A stretch of 41,631 bases of DNA from an uncultured Clostridia bacterium (GCA_944372465.1 CALVZG010000053.1:1-41631), one strand, 5' to 3'. Positions 25,352 to 33,678 are shown, counted from the stretch's first letter. Notes: a model not told the origin generated them from the sequence alone. Program-made: numbers and translations.

Positions 25352-25740
25352 GGGGGCGTTATTGGTTTCGACGGGGAGCATTGGTTAAAATGTAAAGCAT
25401 GTGGTGAGTCTACACCTAAAAAAGACAAACAAAAACAAACGCAAATAATAATGTAACTCGTATGGGCACAGCAAGCCTAGCTTGTGCAGCTTAACGAATT
25501 AAAATCGGTTGAAGATTTCGACCAACTCTCATAACAATTTCGCCAAGTTGTTGTAAGGGTTAAAAAAGAGGCGCTCTGTAAATAGAAAAAGTCTTGGTTC
25601 TATTTATAACTTAAAAGACTAGTTATTAATTAATTTTGTTTATGTAGAGATTAATAATGAAAAAATAACATAAACTAAACATGTAGAAAAGTTTTAAACA
25701 AGTTTTTCGGAAGCGGGTTCAATTCCCGCCGTCTCCACCA
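25352..25740 (+). ncRNA. ssrA: Transfer-messenger RNA
   Basis: The 5' end reads GGGGGCGUUAUUGGUUUCGACGGGG and the 3' end reads GGGUUCAAUUCCCGCCGUCUCCACCA. The acceptor stem has G3:U70. The tag reading frame ends ...GTASLACAA, with TAA at 25492-25494. Confidence 0.93.
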
Positions 25741-25791
25741 AAACAAAGGTCAAAAATTGATGCCAAAATAAGAAAAAAGGAAGTGAAAATT

Positions 25792-26967
25792 ATGAGTTCG
25801 GTAATTATTATTGTAGTTGTTGTTCTTGGAATTATTGTAGCAGGAGGCTTTCTTCTTTATTTTATGGGCGACCTTTTCATGAGTTTGTCATACAAAAATA
25901 AAGATGCAGAAGCAATAAAAAAGAAACAACAATCAGAAACAGATGAATTAAAGAAGAGAATTGATGCTTTAGAGAAAGCAGATGAATTAAAAAAAGACCC
26001 AGAGATTGCAACAATCCTTTATAATGATGCAAATAGTGGTGCAGTAGTTGAGGATTATAACCCTGAAGCAGAATCAAACGAAGAAAACAAAGAACAAGAC
26101 GAAAACGAAGAAGTTAGTGAAGAAACTGCAGAAGATAGCGAATCAGAGGATTCAGCAGAAGAAACAACTGAAGAAAATGAATCAGAAGAGCAAGAAGAGA
26201 ATGAAGAGGATAATGATACTACAGACTATATAAGACAACGCCGTATGGAACTTCTAGAAAGACTTGCAAGAATGCAAAATGCTCAAGACGAGGATGAAGA
26301 GGACGAAGAGGAAAGCGAGGAAGAAGATACAGTTGATCTTACTAACGAAAACGAAGAATCAGAAGAAAATGAAGATAACGAAGAAAATGTAGAAGAAAAT
26401 CAAGAAGCAACAGAAACAAACCAAGAAGAACAACAAGACGATAACACTGACGCAAATGAAGAAAATACAAATAATGACAAAAAAGAAGATGTAAACACAC
26501 TTGCATCTACAATGACTATTGACGAATTAAAAAATAAATTAGCAGAAGAACAAGATAAATTAAAAGCAAATGAAAAAGAACTTCGTACATGCAAGAAAGA
26601 ATTTATTCCATTAAGAAGAATAAAAAGAACTTTAGAAAGCGACAAACGAAAATTACAAAGAAAAGAAGCTTTAGTTGTAAAACAACAGACAGTACTTTAT
26701 GGAGTAAACAACTATGCAGATTTAGATGAAGAAAAGGCAAAAAAACTTGCAGAAGATCTTGACCTTTATGATGGATTAAAACTTTCAGTTCAACATTGTG
26801 AAGAAGTTATGGAAAAGAATAAGGAAAGATATCCTCTTCTTGAAAAAATTTTCAATCTTTTGTCTTCTCAAAATGTAGAAATAAAAGAAAATATAAAAAA
26901 TCTTCAAGAAGCAATTGATAGTTTAAATACTAATGGTGCAGATGACGAAACTGTTGATGCTGAATAA
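25792..26967 (+). CDS. Membrane-anchored, extremely acidic low-complexity / coiled-coil protein
   Basis: There is an N-terminal TM helix (VIIIVVVVLGIIVAGGFLLYF), a ~180-aa E/D/N-rich region and a C-terminal heptad-like K/E region. ATG 25792 follows AAGGAAG. Confidence 0.7.
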   Translation: MSSVIIIVVVVLGIIVAGGFLLYFMGDLFMSLSYKNKDAEAIKKKQQSETDELKKRIDALEKADELKKDPEIATILYNDANSGAVVEDYNPEAESNEENKEQDENEEVSEETAEDSESEDSAEETTEENESEEQEENEEDNDTTDYIRQRRMELLERLARMQNAQDEDEEDEEESEEEDTVDLTNENEESEENEDNEENVEENQEATETNQEEQQDDNTDANEENTNNDKKEDVNTLASTMTIDELKNKLAEEQDKLKANEKELRTCKKEFIPLRRIKRTLESDKRKLQRKEALVVKQQTVLYGVNNYADLDEEKAKKLAEDLDLYDGLKLSVQHCEEVMEKNKERYPLLEKIFNLLSSQNVEIKENIKNLQEAIDSLNTNGADDETVDAE

Positions 26968-27000
26968 TTGAAAGACAAAATAAATTTTCACTAAAAATAT

Positions 27001-27030
27001 AAACGCAAACAAGTAATGTTTGCGTTTTTT
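27001..27030 (+). terminator. Intrinsic terminator
   Basis: AAACGCAAAC...GTTTGCGTTT hairpin followed by TTTT. Confidence 0.8.
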
Positions 27031-27045
27031 ATAATATGTATATTG

Positions 27046-27136
27046 AAAAAATATGTTTTAAATTAAAAAGTGCTAAAAAATATATTTTAAATTAAAAAAT
27101 ATGCTAAAAAAATATATTTTAAATTAAAATTTTTTG
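27046..27136. repeat. Three tandem ~30-bp A/T repeats (core AAAAAATATRTTTTAAATTAAAA)
   Basis: Copies start at 27046, 27075 and 27106. Two of them are followed by a GCT island. Confidence 0.7.
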
Positions 27137-27170
27137 TGTAATTTTTAAAATTATAATATATTTATGCCAA

Positions 27171-27830
27171 TTATCTCCAATCAATAGGAGTTTGACCATT
27201 TTTTGTTAAAAAATCATTGCATTTTGAAAAATGTTTACAGCCAAAGAAACCTCTATAAGCAGAGAGGGGGCTAGGATGAGGGGCTTTCAAAACTAAATGT
27301 TGCTTATCAATGAGATTTTCAAAACTTTGCGCATAAGAACCCCAAAGCATAAAGACTGCAGGTTCTTTTCTTTTACCAATAATTTCTATAATTTTTCTAG
27401 TGAGAATTTCCCAACCTTTATCTTTATGAGAATTTGCCAATCCTCGCCGAACAGTCAAAACAGTATTTAAAAGTAATACACCTTGATTTGCCCATCTTTC
27501 TAAGTTGCCGTTTTTGTAGCATTTTATGTGTAAATCATCTTCAATTTCTTTCATAATATTTACAAGAGAAGGAGGTATATCAACATTTTCTGGGACGGAA
27601 AAAGATAATCCTTGTGCTTGATTTGGCTCATGATAAGGGTCTTGTCCAATTATTACAACCTTAATTTTATTTAAAGGGACATGATTAAGTGCATTAAAAA
27701 TATTTTGTTCACAAGGATAAATTTCATAGTTAGCATATTCAGTTTTTAAAAAATTTTGAAGATTTTTAAAATATTCTTTTTGAAATTCATCTTTAAGTAA
27801 TTCAAACCAACTTTTTCTTATTTGTATCAT
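27171..27830 (-). CDS. ung: Uracil-DNA glycosylase (family 1)
   Basis: The catalytic water-activating loop GQDPYH and the HPSPLSA leucine-intercalation loop are present. 219 aa. Confidence 0.95.
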   Translation of the reverse strand: MIQIRKSWFELLKDEFQKEYFKNLQNFLKTEYANYEIYPCEQNIFNALNHVPLNKIKVVIIGQDPYHEPNQAQGLSFSVPENVDIPPSLVNIMKEIEDDLHIKCYKNGNLERWANQGVLLLNTVLTVRRGLANSHKDKGWEILTRKIIEIIGKRKEPAVFMLWGSYAQSFENLIDKQHLVLKAPHPSPLSAYRGFFGCKHFSKCNDFLTKNGQTPIDWR

Positions 27831-27896
27831 AGCATAATTATATCTTAATTAAACTTAAAGGTCAATAAAAGTAAATGAAAATATAAAAATTCCCTA

Positions 27897-27925
27897 TTGA
27901 TAAACTTATAAAAAGATGTTATAAT
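27897..27925 (+). promoter_or_regulatory. Strong sigma-A promoter of the MazF-domain gene
   Basis: TTGATA, a 17-nt spacer, then TATAAT with an extended -10 TGt. RBS AAGAGGTG lies downstream. Confidence 0.7.
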
Positions 27926-27943
27926 AAAAAAAAGAGGTGTAAA

Positions 27944-29449
27944 ATGGAACTTAAAATATGCTTAAATGAAAAAGATTTAAAGGAAGCATTAAAAAAATCA
28001 TTAAGGAAAGGGTATAAAATAATTAGTTATGATATAAAAGAGAATGATTATAGTAAACTAATATTAAAAATTCAAGACTTATATACAAATGATTTTATAA
28101 GAATAAGTTTATTTGACAATGATTTGAAAGTAAATTGTGTAAATAAAACACTTGAATTTGAAGTGAAAAAAGCAATTGTCGACTTAATTGTACATAAATA
28201 TCCTGAATTAGAAAAAATAAAAGAGAATTTTGATAATTTAGCAGAGGATTCGGCAAAAACGATTGAAGAAAACATTAAAAAATCAATTTATAATATTAAT
28301 TTTAGTGATTGGAATGGATTGATAAAATCAGATTCTAAAATAAGTTTAGTCGCAAATAATGGACAGATAAAATTTGACAATCATGTAACTTTTAGGACTT
28401 TAGAAAATCCATATTATTATAAAGATAGAAAAATTAAAATAAAAGATATTTATTTTGCAGATTTAAATCCTGTTGTTGGAGATGAGTTTGGAGGAAAGCG
28501 CCCAGTAGTAATTTTAGGAAGAAACTCAAGCAATACAATATACTATTGCGTTCCATTGACTGATAAATATAGAGTTGATGGTGTTTATATAGGTAATATT
28601 AATAATATAGAAAATTATGCAATTCCATTATTAAAGGCAATTTCCCCACAAAGAATATTTAATTATGCAGGTTGTATTGATAATAAAACATATTCATCAA
28701 TTCAAAATAAATTAGCAGAAGAAATGTTATATGAAGATGGGGAACAGGAAGAAGTAGAATATGAAAGTAGTATATCATATGACAAATTAAGAAAAGTCAA
28801 AGATACACTTTCAAATAAATTAGACTTATTTCCTATAAAAAAGATAAGTAAAGAAGAAATGTATGAAATCTTAAATCAAGAAATTATAAATATAGAAAAC
28901 GAAGGGAAAATAAGATTTGCAAGGGAAACTGTAGATGGAGAGAAAGTATTGAAATATAAACTTGAATACAGTTTAAACGGGGACATAATTTTTTGTTTAA
29001 ATCCAAATAGTAATAATACAAAAAATAAATATTATCCAAGAAATTATTCATTTTCATTATTTTCTGTAAAAAGAAATGACCCTTTAAAGTCAAATAAATA
29101 TGTTTATGATAAGGATTTAAGTATTCGATATAGATTGTATATGATAAAAAATAATGAAAATTATTTTTTACATTTAATAAAATTTTTATGTAATTATTTT
29201 AAAAATGGCTATGATTATTATATTGATAAACATTTATTAAGTGATGCGAAAGGAATTCAAGAATATATAGAGGAAGCAAAAAACAATTTAAAACAACAAT
29301 TTGAAGAGGTTGGCATATTTTATGATGGAAGTTATGAAAGTTTAGTGCAAAGTGGATTTTTTGCATTTGACATATCAAAGTTAAGACCTATTGAAGCAAA
29401 AAATATCTATAATTGTCAACAAACTGACGAAGATAGAGAAAATGAATAA
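27944..29449 (+). CDS. Large protein with an internal MazF/PemK-like endoribonuclease domain (residues ~163-262) flanked by unknown N- and C-terminal regions
   Basis: IKIKDIYFADLNPVVGDEFGGKRPVVILG...CVPLTDK...LLKAISPQRI is collinear with the canonical MazF in this window ([29 protein letters not shown]...SAITSQ...[13 protein letters not shown]). Confidence 0.8.
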   Translation: MELKICLNEKDLKEALKKSLRKGYKIISYDIKENDYSKLILKIQDLYTNDFIRISLFDNDLKVNCVNKTLEFEVKKAIVDLIVHKYPELEKIKENFDNLAEDSAKTIEENIKKSIYNINFSDWNGLIKSDSKISLVANNGQIKFDNHVTFRTLENPYYYKDRKIKIKDIYFADLNPVVGDEFGGKRPVVILGRNSSNTIYYCVPLTDKYRVDGVYIGNINNIENYAIPLLKAISPQRIFNYAGCIDNKTYSSIQNKLAEEMLYEDGEQEEVEYESSISYDKLRKVKDTLSNKLDLFPIKKISKEEMYEILNQEIINIENEGKIRFARETVDGEKVLKYKLEYSLNGDIIFCLNPNSNNTKNKYYPRNYSFSLFSVKRNDPLKSNKYVYDKDLSIRYRLYMIKNNENYFLHLIKFLCNYFKNGYDYYIDKHLLSDAKGIQEYIEEAKNNLKQQFEEVGIFYDGSYESLVQSGFFAFDISKLRPIEAKNIYNCQQTDEDRENE

Positions 29450-29466
29450 TAAAAATGACAAATAAA

Positions 29467-29497
29467 AACATCTACAGACAAAAGTAGATGTTTTTTT
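29467..29497. terminator. Bidirectional terminator between convergent genes
   Basis: AACATCTAC...GTAGATGTT hairpin with an A-run upstream and TTTTTTT downstream. Confidence 0.8.
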
Positions 29498-29513
29498 ATA
29501 ATAACAAAATAAT

Positions 29514-30497
29514 TTATTTTCTAGTTTCAACAGCAACTGCAAGAGCAACAGTTGCCCCTACTATCGGATTATTCCCCATACCAATAAATCCCATCATTTC
29601 AACATGAGCAGGAACAGAAGAAGAACCTGCAAATTGTGCATCACAATGCATTCTTCCCATAGTATCAGTAAGCCCGTAACTTGCAGGGCCACACCTCATG
29701 TTATCAGGGTGAAGTGTTCTTCCAGTTCCGCCACCAGAAGCAACAGAAAAGTATTCATGACCATTTTCGTAACACCATTTCTTATAAATACCAGCAACAG
29801 GGTGTTGAAAACGCATAGGATTTGTAGAATTGCCTGTTATAGAAACATCAACTTTTTCGTATTGCATTATAGCAACACCTTCAGGGACATCATAAGCACC
29901 ATAAACTTTAACTTTTGCCTTTTCGCCTGATGAAAAAGACTTGCTGTTAAGAATTTGCAGTTGCCCAGTTTTATGGTCATAAGAAGTGTTTACAAAAGTA
30001 AAACCATTAATTCTAGAGATTATATAAGCGGCATCTTTTCCAAGTCCGTTTAAAATTACATTAAGGGGAGTTTTTCTAACTTTATTTGCAGAAGTAACAA
30101 TACCAATAGCCCCTTCCGCTGCAGCAAAACTTTCATGACCAGCAAGGAAGCAAAAACTTTTAGTTTCTTCTTTTAAAAGCATGCTAGCAAGTTTTCCATG
30201 TCCTATCCCGATTTGACGATTGTCAGCAACAGAACCTTTTATACAATACGCTTGAAGACCTTCACCAAGTTTAAGTGCAACATCACAAGCCTTTTTAGTG
30301 TTTGTTTTTAATGCGATGGCCACTCCTAATTCATATGCTTTAACAGCATTATCAAAGCAAATTGGTTGAATACTTTTAACAATACTTTCAACATTTATGC
30401 CAGCATTTAAACAAATTTCTTTAGCTTCATTAAGATTATTTATATTATATTTTTTTAAAGTTTCTTCAATATTAGTTTGCTTTTTAGTTAATTTCAT
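29514..30497 (-). CDS. GGGtGRT-family protein (uncharacterised conserved family)
   Basis: The eponymous motif is in VASGGGTGRTLHPDN. The protein is Gly/Ala-rich and 327 aa long. Its start overlaps the stop of the upstream NifU-like gene by 4 nt. Confidence 0.85.
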   Translation of the reverse strand: MKLTKKQTNIEETLKKYNINNLNEAKEICLNAGINVESIVKSIQPICFDNAVKAYELGVAIALKTNTKKACDVALKLGEGLQAYCIKGSVADNRQIGIGHGKLASMLLKEETKSFCFLAGHESFAAAEGAIGIVTSANKVRKTPLNVILNGLGKDAAYIISRINGFTFVNTSYDHKTGQLQILNSKSFSSGEKAKVKVYGAYDVPEGVAIMQYEKVDVSITGNSTNPMRFQHPVAGIYKKWCYENGHEYFSVASGGGTGRTLHPDNMRCGPASYGLTDTMGRMHCDAQFAGSSSVPAHVEMMGFIGMGNNPIVGATVALAVAVETRK

Positions 30498-31168
30498 AAG
30501 TTGTCCCTCCTTGGGTCAATAAAAGTGATTGCTTCATTAAATCTACCATAAGTTTTTGTTGCATTTTTAATAGCCTCTTTTGCATCTATCCCTTCTCGCA
30601 AAGATTTCATAAGCGAACCTATAGCAACATATTCATAACCAATAATTTCACCATTTTCATCGAGTCCTTCTTTTGTAATGTAACCTTCTGCTAAATTGAG
30701 ATATCTCGTGCCTTTACCATCTTGTGAATATATTGTACCAACATTGCTTGAAAGAGTTTTACCAAGGTCTTCAAGAGCAGAACCTTCGGCAAGTCCATTT
30801 TCAGAAAAGGCAGATTGGCTTCTTCCATAAACTAATTGAAGAAATATATTTTTCATAGCGTCATTAATAGCATCACATACAAGGTCAGTGTTAAGTGCTT
30901 CTAATAATGTTTTACCGGGTAGTATCTCTGCAGCCATGGCCGCCGAGTGTGTCATACCACTGCAACCTATTGTTTCAACAAGTGCTTCCTTTATAATACC
31001 ATTTTTAACATTTAAAGTAAGTTTACAAGTACCTTGCTGTGGAGCGCACTTTCCACAACCATGAGAAAATCCAGAAACTTGTTTTATATCTTTTAATTGA
31101 ACCCAATTTGCCTCTTCTGGAATAGGAGAAGGTCCAAATCCTTTCATATTTATAGGACAACTCATCAA
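30494..31168 (-). CDS. NifU/IscU-like N-terminal domain protein with a C-terminal extension
   Basis: HGCGKCAPQQGTCKL, TIGCSGMTHSAAMAAE and LVCDAINDAMKN reproduce the three IscU Cys positions. RBS GGAGGT. Confidence 0.8.
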   Translation of the reverse strand: MMSCPINMKGFGPSPIPEEANWVQLKDIKQVSGFSHGCGKCAPQQGTCKLTLNVKNGIIKEALVETIGCSGMTHSAAMAAEILPGKTLLEALNTDLVCDAINDAMKNIFLQLVYGRSQSAFSENGLAEGSALEDLGKTLSSNVGTIYSQDGKGTRYLNLAEGYITKEGLDENGEIIGYEYVAIGSLMKSLREGIDAKEAIKNATKTYGRFNEAITFIDPRRDNL

Positions 31169-31197
31169 AATTACCTCCGTTTTTTATTTATAGTTTT

Positions 31198-31225
31198 ATT
31201 ATAAGAAAAATAGAATGATTTTCAA
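31198..31225 (-). promoter_or_regulatory. Promoter of the NifU-like/GGGtGRT operon
   Basis: The minus strand reads TTGAAA, a 16-nt spacer, then TATAAT, about 25 nt upstream of the start codon. Confidence 0.55.
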
Positions 31226-31275
31226 AATAATTATTAGATATTTTTATTAGCAAGTTAATGGTGAATTTCTATAAT

Positions 31276-31368
31276 ATTTGCGAAAGAAAATTTTTATAAT
31301 ATAAAAATTTCAACAAATTTTCTTGAAAAATTTGTTGAAAGCTTATAAAAGCTTTATCTTTCGCAAAT
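31276..31368. repeat. Cloverleaf-like nested palindromic element (12-bp outer stem, three perfect hairpins)
   Basis: The outer stem is ATTTGCGAAAGA (31276-31287) / TCTTTCGCAAAT (31357-31368). H1 is an 11-bp stem at 31288-31310. H2 is CAACAAATTTT/AAAATTTGTTG at 31311-31337. H3 is AAAGCTT/AAGCTTT at 31338-31355. Confidence 0.7.
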
Positions 31369-31434
31369 AAATTTCTTCGATAAAGTATTTTTGCAATTTC
31401 AAGATGCTTTCATAGGATAAAAACTAAAAAAAAG

Positions 31435-31463
31435 TTGACAAATTTTAATTTAACTTATATAAT
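31435..31463 (+). promoter_or_regulatory. Sigma-A promoter of the tyrS T-box leader
   Basis: TTGACA (31435-31440), a 17-nt spacer, then TATAAT (31458-31463). Confidence 0.7.
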
Positions 31464-31469
31464 AACCAT

Positions 31470-31793
31470 GAATTATTACTTTTTTGTAAATAATTTACAA
31501 TTTAACCAAAATGGCGGAGTAATCAAAGTAGTTTTATAAATATTCATAAAGAGATAGGGCGGGAGGTGCGAGCCTGAATGAGATTATAAAACCAATTACA
31601 ATTATTTCAAGTTTTGCGTATATCTTGCGAAAGAGATTAATAAGTTGTAGCAAAATCATATACTAATAATTGTTTGTATTAAATAATTTTAAAAAAATTT
31701 AAATAGAAAGTTATTTTATTAACATTATGATTTTCTACATGAAATTAGGTGGTACCACGGCACGCTCGTCCTAATAATGACAGTGTGCTTTTA
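31470..31793 (+). promoter_or_regulatory. T-box riboswitch leader (Tyr specifier) controlling tyrS
   Basis: AGAGA is at 31550-31554 and GGTGCGAG at 31565-31572. The candidate specifier UAC+A is at 31597-31600. The canonical T-box AATTAGGTGGTACCACGG is at 31744-31760. The terminator GCACGCTCGTC/GACAGTGTGC plus TTTT ends at 31792. Confidence 0.88.
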
Positions 31794-31833
31794 TTAATAT
31801 AAAAGTAAAAATTCATAAAAGGAGATAAATAAG

Positions 31834-33078
31834 ATGAAAATTGATACAAATTTATTTAATGAATTAAAGGGAAGAGGGCTTTTATATCAATGTACAGATG
31901 AAGAGACTCTTAAAAAAATGTTGGAAAGTGGCAAGCCAATAGCTCTTTATGAAGGCACTGACCCAACTGCTGACAGTTTGCATATAGGGCATTGTGTACC
32001 TTATGTTATTTTAAGACGCTTTCAAAAAGCAGGACATAAAGTATATCTATTGATGGGTGGTGCAACAGCCTGTATAGGTGATCCATCTGGAAGGTCTGAA
32101 ATTCGTAAAATTATGACAAAAGAGCAAATTCAAGATAACATTGATAAGATTAAGGATACATTAAAGGTTTTCCTTGATTTTGAAGGAGAAAACAAAGCAG
32201 AAATAGTCAACAATTATGATTGGTTTAAAAATTTAACATACATTGATTTTATGAGAGATATTGGACAATATTTTAATGTCAATGAAATGCTTTCAAGTGA
32301 AATTTATGATAATCGTTTAAAAGAGGGAGGGCTTACTTTCTTTGAAATGGGATATATGCCAATGCAAGCATATGATTTTGTACATCTAAATGAAAAATAT
32401 GGATGCTCACTTGAATGGGGTGGAGCAGACCAATGGGGAAACATTGCCGCAGGAGTAAAACTTGCAAGAAAATTAAGTTTTGCTGATGGCAAAGAGCGTA
32501 ATATGGTTGGAGCAACAAACCCACTTCTTTTGACACCAGAGGGCAAAAAGATGGGCAAGACTGAAAAAGGTGCAATATGGATTGATAAGAATAAAATATC
32601 TGCATACGATTTTTATCAAGGTATATATCAAACACCTGATTCTTGCGTAGAAATGATGTTTGCACTTTTTACTGATGAACCTATGGATAAAGTAAAGTCA
32701 CTTATCAAGGAAGATATAGTAAAAGCAAAAAAATTGTTATGCTTTGAAATCACTAAATTTGTTCGAGGAGAAGAAGACGCAATTAAAGCAAGAGATATGA
32801 GTGAAAATTTATTTGCTCAAGGTGGCGATGATGCACCTATTTTTGAGTTAATAAAAGACAATATTAAAGATGGAATATCAATTTGCGATTTACTTTTTGA
32901 AACAAAACTTGCCCCAACAAAAAGTGAAGCAAGAAGATTAATACAAGGAGGAGCAATATCGGTAAAAGGAGAAAAAGTAAGTGATATTGCATTAAAAATA
33001 ACAGAGGAAGATTTTGATAATAATTCTATTTTATTAAAGAAAGGCAAAAAGAATTTTATTAAGGTTGTGTTAAAATAA
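31834..33078 (+). CDS. tyrS: Tyrosine--tRNA ligase
   Basis: HIGH (SLHIGH) and KMSKS-equivalent KMGKT are present, with a C-terminal S4-like domain (EARRLIQGGAISVKGEKV). Confidence 0.96.
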   Translation: MKIDTNLFNELKGRGLLYQCTDEETLKKMLESGKPIALYEGTDPTADSLHIGHCVPYVILRRFQKAGHKVYLLMGGATACIGDPSGRSEIRKIMTKEQIQDNIDKIKDTLKVFLDFEGENKAEIVNNYDWFKNLTYIDFMRDIGQYFNVNEMLSSEIYDNRLKEGGLTFFEMGYMPMQAYDFVHLNEKYGCSLEWGGADQWGNIAAGVKLARKLSFADGKERNMVGATNPLLLTPEGKKMGKTEKGAIWIDKNKISAYDFYQGIYQTPDSCVEMMFALFTDEPMDKVKSLIKEDIVKAKKLLCFEITKFVRGEEDAIKARDMSENLFAQGGDDAPIFELIKDNIKDGISICDLLFETKLAPTKSEARRLIQGGAISVKGEKVSDIALKITEEDFDNNSILLKKGKKNFIKVVLK

Positions 33079-33217
33079 GTGTCAATTAAAAAAGTTTTTA
33101 TTTTTAAATAGTAAACAAAAATAATATTAAATTTATTTTTAATGAGAATTTGTGTTATAAAGAAACTAAAAATTATAATAATTCTACAAAAAATATAAAG
33201 ATGAAAGGATAAAAACT

Positions 33218-33571
33218 ATGAATTTTTCTAAAACAGTAGAAATAATAGAGAAGAAATCAAAGTTTTATGGATATCTTTTAGAATGTAAAAATGATAGTGA
33301 AATAAAAAACGCACTTGCTTTTTTAAAACAACAGCACAAAAAAGCAACTCATATATGCTGGGCATGTAGACTGAAATCTCCTTTCTATGAGAAAGTAGAT
33401 GATAATGGAGAACCAAGTGGAACAGCAGGACGCCCTATATTATCAGTTCTTCAAAAGAAAGATGCTTTTGATATTTGTGTTTTTGTAGTTAGATATTTTG
33501 GAGGGATAAAACTTGGAGCGGGAGGACTTATCCGAATATACGCAAAAGTAACATCAGAACTTTTCAAATAA
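33218..33571 (+). CDS. IMPACT/YigZ-family N-terminal domain protein (short form)
   Basis: GEPSGTAGRPILSVL and VVRYFGGIKLGAGGLIRIY are signature blocks. At 117 aa it lacks the usual C-terminal domain. Confidence 0.8.
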   Translation: MNFSKTVEIIEKKSKFYGYLLECKNDSEIKNALAFLKQQHKKATHICWACRLKSPFYEKVDDNGEPSGTAGRPILSVLQKKDAFDICVFVVRYFGGIKLGAGGLIRIYAKVTSELFK

Positions 33572-33627
33572 TTTAATTTTAATGATAATGAGTTTTACAA
33601 ATAAACAAAAATTAATTAAAATAAAAT

Positions 33628-33660
33628 AAAAAACAAAAAATGTTTTTTGTTTTATTTTTT
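33628..33660 (+). terminator. A/T-rich hairpin plus T-run after the yigZ-like gene
   Basis: AAAACAAAAAA tg TTTTTTGTTTT followed by ATTTTTT. Confidence 0.45.
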
Positions 33661-33678
33661 ATTTTGTATAATATAAGT

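Noticed and set aside
26048-26233. A K-rich 61-aa ORF in an alternative frame of the acidic-protein gene, and the 26400-26645 minus-strand ORF.
   Set aside because: They are frame shadows of the GAA/GAT-rich low-complexity region. They have no independent start signals.
25741-29500. A possible genomic island integrated at the 3' end of ssrA.
   Set aside because: I could find no direct repeat of the tmRNA 3' end downstream and no integrase or phage genes. A core gene, ung, lies within the interval.
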